Origin: Planctomycetota bacterium
GTDB lineage: Bacteria; Planctomycetota; Phycisphaerae; Phycisphaerales; Phycisphaeraceae
Direction of reading: 5' to 3'
NCBI GenBank assembly: GCA_039818285.1
Contig: JBCBUE010000020.1
Span: 16,830 to 48,829, forward strand
Length of the DNA stretch: 32,000 bases
Shown here: positions 19,108 through 25,858 of the stretch, in pieces
Layout: every line of letters starts with the position of its first letter
Numbering within the stretch: the stretch's first letter is position 1
The notes under the pieces: model-generated
What the model saw: only the letters and a program-made list of their open reading frames with translations
The model's database searches: none
Told to the model about the DNA's origin: nothing
Position numbers and translations under genes: made by a program

Positions 19108-21471
19108 GTGGTGCCACAAGACCCAACTCAGTTCGCCGCCCTGGTCCGCGACCACCACGCCATGGTGTACCGGCTGTGCTACCGCCGCCTGCGGCACCAC
19201 GAGGACGCCGTCGACGCGACCCAGCAGGTCTTCATCAAGCTCTTTGCCAAGGGCGACACCGTGCATACCGCCGTCGGCCCGTGGCTTCGGCAGACGGCGA
19301 TCAACACGGCCATCTCCCACCTGCGCTCGGAGATCACCCGTCGGCGTCACGAGCGGACGTACGAACCGGCCGAGCCGCCACGAGCCCGCGGGCCGATGGA
19401 GCACGACGAACTCAAGCGGCTGGTGCGCCAGTGCCTGGCCACGCTCGAGCCTCGCGACCGCGAAGCCGCCGAACGGCACCTCATGATCGGCGAGCCCCAG
19501 TCCAGCATCGCGGCCGACTGGGGGGTCACGCAGCAGGCGGTCGGCAAACGGATCCGCCGGGTGAAGGATCAGTTGCACCGCCATCTGCAGCGCGTGGGGG
19601 TGACCTCGCTGGGGGCCGGGATCGCGGCGATGCTGCCGACCCGGCTGGTCAGCGCGGGCGTCGCCCGGGCGATCGGGCTGATGGTCGGCCTCAAGCCCTC
19701 GCACGGGCTCGTTCCCGCCGCGGCCGTTGCGCTGCTCGCCCCCGCCGCACAGGCCCCCGACCGCCCGGCGAACTCCACGCCGACCGCGGCCGACGCCTCA
19801 GCCACGCCATCGATCGCCGCGGCCATCGATCGATCTCCCGCACGCTTCGCGGCCGACACGCCGACACCGATGCACGCCATCCTCGCGCCGCCGCCTCGCA
19901 CGATCCACGCCACCGCCGGCGGGTCGCGGCCCCCGGCCGCGTCATTCGGCGCCGGCACGCCGTTCACCACGACGTCGACGGCCCCGCGGCTCGGTCGGAT
20001 GCCGATAGCTCTTCCGCCCACGCACCGCCCGCCGCCGGCCAACGTCGCCCTGCCCGGCTCTCCACCGGCCACCGTCGCCTCGGCCGATCCCGATCGAGGC
20101 ACCGACACGACCCGCCCAGCCGCTCGCCGACCTCGGCCCCGGCTCGACCCCCTGCCTCAAACGCAGGCCCCGGCCCCGGCTCCCGCCGCCTCGCCCGTCG
20201 TGGATACGGTCGATCCGTCCGAACGGACCACACCGCCCGACACCCAGCCGGGGCTCGGCGTCCTGCCCGGGTGGCTCGCCTCTACGGTCGATCCCGCCCC
20301 GCCCAAGCTGGTCCGCGCGACGGTCGCCATCAAGGCGGACGCACGGGCCAGGAAAATTGCGTTTCTTGTCGACCGCCGGGTTGTGGCGGCTCGCTGGGCG
20401 GCGACTCTTGCACCGGACCGCGCGATCGCACGTGACGATCGCCTCGCAGTCAGCACCGGTCAGGAGGCGCCACCGATGTTCCCCTTGCACCTGAGAGAAA
20501 TCCTCCGCACACCCCTTCTCGCGGCCGTGTCGGCCTTGCCCGCCGCGACCGCGATCGCCGGCACGACCGTCGTCGACCCCGATGACGACGCCTATGCCGC
20601 CCTGCTGGACAACTCGGCCTACGACTCGGTCGGCATGATCACCGCCGGCAACAGCCTCGGGTCCGGCGTCTACCTCGGCGATGGCTGGGTGCTCACCGCC
20701 GCCCACGTCGCCGACGCGTCGGGCGATCTCACCTTTACCGTCGACGGGGTCGACTACGGCGTCAGCGACGTCTATCTCCACGACGACTGGACCGGCGACC
20801 TCACCACCGGCACGGACCTCGCGCTGATCCAGCTCGACGCCGACCCGGCGATCGAGGCGGCCGTCATCTACGAGCCGACGGTCACCGACCCCGTGAGCGA
20901 CAAGGACGCCCTGGACGGCGCGGTGGTCACCTTCGTCGGCTACGGCCGGACCGGCGACGGCGCGACCGGCGCGACCGGCAGCGCCGGCGAGAAGCACGCC
21001 GGCCAGAACACCCTCGACGCCTTCGGCGGCGACAACCTCCAGCTCCTCGGCTACGACGACAGCCTCTTCTTCGTCGACTTCGACGACCCCAACGCGACGT
21101 CCGACGGCCTGCGGTGGAGCGACGACGAGGCGCTGGCGCTGGAGTACCTCATTGCTCCGGGCGACAGCGGCGGCGGCGCGTTCGTGGAGATCGATGGCGT
21201 GACGTACCTCGTCGGGATCAACTCCTTCCTCGCGGCCACCGACGGCGAGGCCGACGCCGACTACGGCGACCTCGGCGGGCTGGTCTACGTCCCCGATTAC
21301 TACGACTGGGTCTTCGGCATCACCGGGGCCCTCGACACGGACCTCGACGGCCTGGCCGGGGTCGCCTCCATCCCCGAGCCGGGCCTCGCGGCCAGCATGG
21401 TGCTGCTCGCGGCCGCCCTCGGGCTCTGCCGACGACGCCAGCCCGCCACCCCCGCCCTGACCAACCGATAA
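19108..21471 (+). CDS. ECF (sigma-70 group 4) sigma factor domain + hydrophobic segment + Pro/Ala-rich region; the frame stays open into the downstream protease gene
   Basis: Region 2 is HHAMVYRLCYRRLRHHEDAVDATQQVFIKLF. Region 4 is LEPRDREAAERHLMIGEPQSSIAADWGVTQQAVGKRIRRVKDQL. GGAGG at 19093-19097 lies 10 nt before GTG at 19108; the maximal ORF starts at 18997. There is no in-frame stop before 21471. Confidence 0.55.
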   Translation: MVPQDPTQFAALVRDHHAMVYRLCYRRLRHHEDAVDATQQVFIKLFAKGDTVHTAVGPWLRQTAINTAISHLRSEITRRRHERTYEPAEPPRARGPMEHDELKRLVRQCLATLEPRDREAAERHLMIGEPQSSIAADWGVTQQAVGKRIRRVKDQLHRHLQRVGVTSLGAGIAAMLPTRLVSAGVARAIGLMVGLKPSHGLVPAAAVALLAPAAQAPDRPANSTPTAADASATPSIAAAIDRSPARFAADTPTPMHAILAPPPRTIHATAGGSRPPAASFGAGTPFTTTSTAPRLGRMPIALPPTHRPPPANVALPGSPPATVASADPDRGTDTTRPAARRPRPRLDPLPQTQAPAPAPAASPVVDTVDPSERTTPPDTQPGLGVLPGWLASTVDPAPPKLVRATVAIKADARARKIAFLVDRRVVAARWAATLAPDRAIARDDRLAVSTGQEAPPMFPLHLREILRTPLLAAVSALPAATAIAGTTVVDPDDDAYAALLDNSAYDSVGMITAGNSLGSGVYLGDGWVLTAAHVADASGDLTFTVDGVDYGVSDVYLHDDWTGDLTTGTDLALIQLDADPAIEAAVIYEPTVTDPVSDKDALDGAVVTFVGYGRTGDGATGATGSAGEKHAGQNTLDAFGGDNLQLLGYDDSLFFVDFDDPNATSDGLRWSDDEALALEYLIAPGDSGGGAFVEIDGVTYLVGINSFLAATDGEADADYGDLGGLVYVPDYYDWVFGITGALDTDLDGLAGVASIPEPGLAASMVLLAAALGLCRRRQPATPALTNR
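20476..21471 (+). CDS. secreted trypsin-like (S1) serine peptidase with PEP-CTERM anchor
   Basis: AGGAGG at 20462-20467 lies 8 nt before the ATG. The signal-like N-terminus is MFPLHLREILRTPLLAAVSALPAATAIAG. Triad contexts are LTAAHV, TDLALIQL and GDSGGG. The C-terminus is IPEPGLAASMVLLAAALGLCRRRQP. It is nested in frame within the long ORF above. Confidence 0.7.
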   Translation: MFPLHLREILRTPLLAAVSALPAATAIAGTTVVDPDDDAYAALLDNSAYDSVGMITAGNSLGSGVYLGDGWVLTAAHVADASGDLTFTVDGVDYGVSDVYLHDDWTGDLTTGTDLALIQLDADPAIEAAVIYEPTVTDPVSDKDALDGAVVTFVGYGRTGDGATGATGSAGEKHAGQNTLDAFGGDNLQLLGYDDSLFFVDFDDPNATSDGLRWSDDEALALEYLIAPGDSGGGAFVEIDGVTYLVGINSFLAATDGEADADYGDLGGLVYVPDYYDWVFGITGALDTDLDGLAGVASIPEPGLAASMVLLAAALGLCRRRQPATPALTNR

Positions 21472-21537
21472 CCGCTTCTCACGCTTGGCTTCCTCCTGGG
21501 TGCACGCCGTCCCTTGCCCCCGAAAGTGGACGGTGCA

Positions 21538-21572
21538 GCGCGGCCCGTCGTAGACGGGTCGCGCCTTTTTTT
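21538..21572 (+). terminator. rho-independent terminator after the protease gene
   Basis: GCGCGGCCCGTC (21538-21549), loop GTA, GACGGGTCGCGC (21553-21564, one G-U pair), then C plus a run of seven T (21566-21572). Confidence 0.8.
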
Positions 21573-21606
21573 GCGCGTCACCCATCGAGACGGGTAACGT
21601 CTGCCC

Positions 21607-22920
21607 ATGCGCATCGACGTGCTCACGCTGTTCCCCGAGATGTTCGCCGGCCCGCTGGGCACGAGCATCCTCAAGCGCGCCGCCGAGGCCGGCGCCGTCG
21701 GCTACTACCTCCACGACATCCGCGAACACACCGCCGACAGGCACGGCAAGGTCGACCAGCCGCCCTACGGCGGCGGGCCCGGCATGGTCATGCAGTGCCA
21801 GCCGGTGTGGGACGCGGTCGCGGCCGCCGATGACAAAGCGAAGCGCGACGGCGTGACAGGAACCCATCGCAGGATTTACCTCTCGCCGCAGGGCCAACGG
21901 CTCGATCAGGCGCTCGTGCAGGACCTCGCGGGTGTCGATCGGTTGTCGCTGATCTGCGGGCACTACGAGGGGCTCGACGAGCGCGTGCTCGATCGGCTGC
22001 GCGAGAGCGAAGACGGGTTGATCGACATCTCGATCGGCGACTACGTCCTCTCCGGCGGCGAGCTGGCCGCGATGGTGGTGATCGACGCGATCGTGCGGCT
22101 GTTGCCCGGCGTGCTGGGCGATGCGCGGTCGGTCGAGGACGAGTCGTTCAGCTCGACCCTCGACGGCGGCCTGGACTATCCGCACTACACGCGGCCGGAG
22201 GCGTGGGGCGGGCGGGCCGTGCCGGACGTGCTGCGATCGGGCGATCACGCGAAGGTCGAGGCGTGGCGGCGGGAGCGATCGGCCGAGCGGACGCGAGCGC
22301 GTCGGCCCGACCTCGCGGACGGCGGCGGTGTCGGCGAGGGCCGCGCGGCGGTCGTCGTGATCCGCGAGGCGACGCCCGACGACGCCGACGCGATCGCCGC
22401 CGTCCACCGCGCCGCGTTCGCCGCCAGCGCCCACGGCTACGCCGGCGAGGACGAGCTGGTCGTGGCGTGCGAGGCCGAGGGCGAGACGATCTTCAGCGAC
22501 GTGGCGACGGCGCGGGTCGGCGGGGCCGAGCGAATGATCGGGCACGCCATGTGGTCGGGCGTCGAGATCGCGGACCAGCCGGGGCGGCGGGGGATGCTGT
22601 GCGTGGGCCCGATCGGGGTCTTGCCGGGGTGGCAGGGCCGGGGCGTGGGGGCGGCGTTGATGGAGCGGGGGATCGCCCAGGCCCGCGACGCGCGGTGCGT
22701 GGCGCTGTTCGTGCTGGGCGACCCGGCGTACTACGGGAGGTTCGGGTTCCGGCCGGCGTCGGGGTTCGGGTGGACCAACCCGTACGGCGTCGATGCCGAG
22801 TTCATGGCCCTGCCGTTACGCGGCGAGGTGACCGATGAGTGGGCCGGCGAGGTGCGGGCCCGGGCCCGGTGCTTTCAGCCCGAGGCGCTGGCCGAGCTGG
22901 AGGCCCGGCACAGGGCGTAA
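21607..22920 (+). CDS. trmD: tRNA (guanine37-N1)-methyltransferase fused to a C-terminal GNAT (COG3153/YhbS-like) acetyltransferase domain
   Basis: TrmD motifs are MRIDVLTLFPEMF, DQPPYGGGPGMVM, LICGHYEGLDERV and IGDYVLSGGELAAMVVIDAIVRLLPGVLG, ending ...RPDL. With no stop, the frame continues into IREATPDDADAIAAVHRAAF...GPIGVLPGWQGRGVGAALMERG...LGDPAYYGRFGF. Confidence 0.85.
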   Translation: MRIDVLTLFPEMFAGPLGTSILKRAAEAGAVGYYLHDIREHTADRHGKVDQPPYGGGPGMVMQCQPVWDAVAAADDKAKRDGVTGTHRRIYLSPQGQRLDQALVQDLAGVDRLSLICGHYEGLDERVLDRLRESEDGLIDISIGDYVLSGGELAAMVVIDAIVRLLPGVLGDARSVEDESFSSTLDGGLDYPHYTRPEAWGGRAVPDVLRSGDHAKVEAWRRERSAERTRARRPDLADGGGVGEGRAAVVVIREATPDDADAIAAVHRAAFAASAHGYAGEDELVVACEAEGETIFSDVATARVGGAERMIGHAMWSGVEIADQPGRRGMLCVGPIGVLPGWQGRGVGAALMERGIAQARDARCVALFVLGDPAYYGRFGFRPASGFGWTNPYGVDAEFMALPLRGEVTDEWAGEVRARARCFQPEALAELEARHRA

Positions 22921-23058
22921 CACGCTGGACGCCGGGGTGGGCGGTTGTTAAGGTGTTTGGCTCGCCACGCCGGACCTCGGGTCCGCCTTTCGCGGATTCA
23001 GCCCGTGGCTCGCGTCCCCCGAACCGATCTTCAGCCCCTTACCCGCCGGGTGATCCCG

Positions 23059-23517
23059 ATGAGCGACGCCATCCTCGCCGCCGTCCAGCAGAGTCAGCTC
23101 AAGCCCGCCCAGGACGTCCCCGCGTTCTCGGTCGGCGACACCGTCGATGTCCACGTCCGCATCATCGAGGGCAGCAAGGAACGCATCCAGGTCTTCTCCG
23201 GCGTCGTCATCAAGCAGCAGAACGGCGGGCTCGAAGAGACCTTCACCGTCCGCCGCATCGTCGCCAACGAAGGCGTCGAGCGCACCTTCCCCGTCCACTC
23301 GCCCCGCGTGGCCAAGATCGAGGTCAAGCGTCGCGGCGACGCCCGACGGGCCAAGCTGTACTACCTCCGCGACCGCGTCGGCAAGAAGCGTCGCCTCCGC
23401 GACCGTCGCCGCGGCCTGCACCACGCGCTGGCCCCCGAGGCCACGCCCGAGACGAACGACGCCCCGGTCGAGTCGACCGAGTCCAGCGAGAAACCCGAGG
23501 CCGTCGCCGCCGAGTGA
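23059..23517 (+). CDS. rplS: 50S ribosomal protein L19 with ~35-40 aa acidic C-terminal extension
   Basis: [45 protein letters not shown]...[32 protein letters not shown] is canonical L19. ATG at 23059 is preferred over the upstream start of the maximal ORF. Confidence 0.9.
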   Translation: MSDAILAAVQQSQLKPAQDVPAFSVGDTVDVHVRIIEGSKERIQVFSGVVIKQQNGGLEETFTVRRIVANEGVERTFPVHSPRVAKIEVKRRGDARRAKLYYLRDRVGKKRRLRDRRRGLHHALAPEATPETNDAPVESTESSEKPEAVAAE

Positions 23518-23554
23518 CGTCCGGTCGGGATCGCACGCCCTGATGAACATCCAT

Positions 23555-23585
23555 CAGCCCGAGCCGAACGGCCCGGGCTGTTTTT
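23555..23585 (+). terminator. rho-independent terminator after rplS
   Basis: CAGCCCG (23555-23561) pairs with CGGGCTG (23574-23580), with an inner GCCG/CGGC stem. TTTTT follows at 23581-23585. Confidence 0.7.
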
Positions 23586-23609
23586 CTGTAAGCAGGTAGG
23601 ATCGACCCA

Positions 23610-25370
23610 ATGCCCGACGCGCCCGCCGCCACCTCCACCAAGTCGACCGACGAACTGCTCGCCGACCGCCGGCGGAAGCTCGACAAGCTCCGCGAGCTCG
23701 GGCTCGACCCCTACGGCCAACGCATCGACGGCGTCACCCCCCTCGCCGACGCCCGCGCCCGGTACGACGCCGCGGCCGACGAAGCCCACAAGGCCGACGA
23801 CACCGGCGCCACCGACGACCGCCCCCGCGTCCGCGTCGCCGGCCGCGTCATGCAGCTCCGCCAGATGGGCAACCTCATCTTCGCCTCGCTCCGCGACCCC
23901 TCCGGCGACCTGCAGGTCGCCATCAGCAAGAAAGCGATCGGCGCCGACGCCTTCAAGGCCGCCAAGCTCATCGACTACGCCGACCTCGTCACGGTTCACG
24001 GCCCGCTCGCCACCACCAAGACCGGCGAGGTCACCGTCTGGGCCGAACCGATTGCGGCGACGGAAGACGATTCACCCCGGGTGGAACCCGGGGCTAATGG
24101 CACGGACCCCGGCTTTGCCATCACCAGCAAGTCCCTCGCCCTGCCGCCCGACAAGCACAAGGGGCTGACCGACCCCGAAGCCCGCTACCGCAAGCGCTAC
24201 GTCGACCTGCACACCAACCCCGAGGTGATGGCCCTCGCGCAGAAGCGCATCGCCATCATCGACGCCATCCGGCAATACCTGCGCGGCCGGGGCTTCGTCG
24301 AGGTCGAGACGCCGATGCTCCAGGCCATCCACGGCGGGGCCGCCGCCCGACCGTTCACCACGCACCACAACGCCCTGGACCTGCCGCTCACCCTGCGCAT
24401 CGCCCCCGAGCTCTACCTCAAGCGGCTGCTCGTCGCCGGGATGCCCAAGGTCTTCGAGATCAACCGCAACTTCCGCAACGAGGGCGTCAGCCCCCGCCAC
24501 AACCCCGAGTTCACCATGCTCGAGGCCTACGCCGCCTACGGCAACTGGGAGACGATGGCCGAGCTGGTCGAAGACATGGTCTGCACCGTCGCCGAGCAGG
24601 TGTGCGGCGGGTTGGTGATTGAACACGCAGCTGCGTCGCCACGCGACGCTGAAGGAACGGATGAAAACCGCCAAGACGCCAAGAGCGCCAAGGGCCGCAC
24701 GATCGACTTGAGTCGGCCGTGGCGGCGGGTGTCGATGGCCGACTTGGTCGAGGAACGCACAGGGTGGAAGTTTGATAAAGATTTCATCGGGCCCGGCGAA
24801 GTCATCAAAAACGTCCAGCAAGCATACGTTGCAGGCCTCCAGCAAGATCCTGCATATCAAGAGGTAGCTTTCGGCGAGTTCGCTAATCCAAGCAAGCAAT
24901 CTGTGCTCAATCACGAGTACAAGATGAAGTCGCTTGCCTGGATTCAACACATGACTCAATTGACCCCCGCCGAGCAGCTTGTCGAGGTCTACGAGAAGCT
25001 CATCGAGCCGACGCTGATCGACCCGACGTTCGTGACGCGTGTGCCGGGGACGATCATCCCGCTCGCGAAGCGATGCCAAGACGACGATTACTTCGCCGAC
25101 GTGTACGAGTTGGCGATCAACGGCGTCGAGATCAGCCCGGGGTACTCGGAACTGAACGACCCCGATGTGCAGGAGCAGCAATTCCGGCAGCAGGTCGGCG
25201 ACGAGGCGGAGAAGCAGCAGATCGACGAGGACTTCCTTGAGGCCCTGCGCGTCGGCATGCCCCCGGCCGGCGGGATGGGGCTGGGGATCGACCGGCTGAT
25301 CATGATGCTCACCGGCGCCCAGAGCATCCGCGACGTGATCCTATTCCCCCTGATGCGCCCGAGGGATTGA
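23610..25370 (+). CDS. lysS: class II lysyl-tRNA synthetase carrying two lineage-specific insertions
   Basis: RYRKRYVDLHTNPE, FVEVETPMLQAIHGGAAARPFTTHHNALDLPLTLRIAPELYLKRLLVAG, FEINRNFRNEGVSPRHNPEFTMLEAY, ELNDP and GMPPAGGMGLGIDRLIM. At 586 aa it exceeds the ~500 aa typical length. Confidence 0.9.
   Translation: MPDAPAATSTKSTDELLADRRRKLDKLRELGLDPYGQRIDGVTPLADARARYDAAADEAHKADDTGATDDRPRVRVAGRVMQLRQMGNLIFASLRDPSGDLQVAISKKAIGADAFKAAKLIDYADLVTVHGPLATTKTGEVTVWAEPIAATEDDSPRVEPGANGTDPGFAITSKSLALPPDKHKGLTDPEARYRKRYVDLHTNPEVMALAQKRIAIIDAIRQYLRGRGFVEVETPMLQAIHGGAAARPFTTHHNALDLPLTLRIAPELYLKRLLVAGMPKVFEINRNFRNEGVSPRHNPEFTMLEAYAAYGNWETMAELVEDMVCTVAEQVCGGLVIEHAAASPRDAEGTDENRQDAKSAKGRTIDLSRPWRRVSMADLVEERTGWKFDKDFIGPGEVIKNVQQAYVAGLQQDPAYQEVAFGEFANPSKQSVLNHEYKMKSLAWIQHMTQLTPAEQLVEVYEKLIEPTLIDPTFVTRVPGTIIPLAKRCQDDDYFADVYELAINGVEISPGYSELNDPDVQEQQFRQQVGDEAEKQQIDEDFLEALRVGMPPAGGMGLGIDRLIMMLTGAQSIRDVILFPLMRPRD
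24668..24692. repeat. degenerate tandem octamer repeat inside lysS (CCGCCAAG ACGCCAAG AGCGCCAAG)
   Basis: It uses the same ACGCCAAG unit that builds the inverted repeat arms at 25386-25417 and 25812-25843. It encodes ...RQDAKSAKG... within a low-G+C insertion. Confidence 0.7.
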
Positions 25371-25371
25371 G

Positions 25372-25806
25372 GTGGATCGGTTGGAACGCCAAGACGCCAA
25401 GACGCCAAGACGCCAAGAACCGAGCGAGTTGCTCGACGAGTTGGCGCGGCGGGTGATCGGGTGTGCGATCGAGGTTCATCGTGAGCTTGGGCCGGGGTTT
25501 CCAGAATCCGTGTACGAAGAGTCGCTGTCGATCGCGCTGACCGACGCTGGGATTCGGTTTGAACGGCAGCCCAGAGTGAACGTGTATTTCCGTGAACGCT
25601 TGGTCGGTCAGGGCCAGCTCGATTTGTGGATCGAACGTCAACTCGTGGTCGAACTCAAAGCGGTGGAGCAGGTCGCCCCGAAACACAAAGCCCAGGTCAA
25701 CGCCTATCTCGCCGCCACCGGCAACCACCTCGGGCTGCTGATCAACTTCCACGAAGCCGTCCTGAAAGACGGCATCACCCGCATCGTCAATACCCCGCCC
25801 GACTAG
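25372..25806 (+). CDS. GxxExxY protein (PD-(D/E)XK nuclease superfamily, PDDEXK_3-like)
   Basis: RRVIGCAIEVHRELGPGFPESVYEESL holds the GxxExxY motif. QLDLWIERQLVVELKAV is a D...E-x-K nuclease-like core, followed by GLLINF. GTG at 25372 is the maximal start. An in-frame TTG at 25429 gives a 125-aa product of typical family size. Confidence 0.85.
   Translation: MDRLERQDAKTPRRQEPSELLDELARRVIGCAIEVHRELGPGFPESVYEESLSIALTDAGIRFERQPRVNVYFRERLVGQGQLDLWIERQLVVELKAVEQVAPKHKAQVNAYLAATGNHLGLLINFHEAVLKDGITRIVNTPPD
25386..25417. repeat. left inverted-repeat arm, (ACGCCAAG)x4
   Basis: Four perfect contiguous octamers, starting 15 nt after the lysS stop. Confidence 0.95.
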
Positions 25807-25811
25807 CCCGA

Positions 25812-25843
25812 CTTGGCGTCTTGGCGTCTTGGCGTCTTGGCGT
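25812..25843. repeat. right inverted-repeat arm, (CTTGGCGT)x4
   Basis: Exact reverse complement of 25386-25417. It starts 5 nt after the GxxExxY stop and ends 15 nt before the lolE-like ATG. Confidence 0.95.
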
Positions 25844-25858
25844 TGCCTCAGCTACCCC

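Larger units (their letters stand above)
25386..25843 (+). mobile_element. inverted-repeat-bounded GxxExxY cassette (IVS-like / putative selfish insert)
   Basis: A 32-bp perfect IR encloses a single nuclease-fold ORF, inserted in the spacer between two core genes. Mobility itself is not demonstrated. Confidence 0.4.

Noticed and set aside
16492-19704. 1,070-aa ORF on the minus strand spanning glnN
   Set aside because: It is antisense to an unmistakable GSIII gene. Its translation is Gly/Arg/Asp/Val-rich low-complexity sequence typical of shadow ORFs in high-G+C DNA, with no recognisable motifs.
19942-22545. 867-aa minus-strand ORF across the protease gene and trmD
   Set aside because: It is a shadow ORF opposite well-supported plus-strand genes. 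It is Arg/Gly/Ala-rich with no motifs.
22971-22990. Hairpin CGGACC-TCG-GGTCCG upstream of rplS as an attenuator or L19 leader
   Set aside because: It has a three-nt loop, a poor U-tract and no recognisable leader motif. Evidence is insufficient.
24590-24970. Intein in lysS
   Set aside because: The insert is only about 60 aa. It lacks an N-terminal Cys/Ser splice junction, a C-terminal His-Asn-(Cys/Ser/Thr) and endonuclease blocks.
25386-25843. Possible CRISPR array because of short perfect repeats
   Set aside because: The units are 8 nt, directly contiguous with no spacers, and the two blocks are in inverted orientation. This is a hairpin-forming IR, not a CRISPR array.
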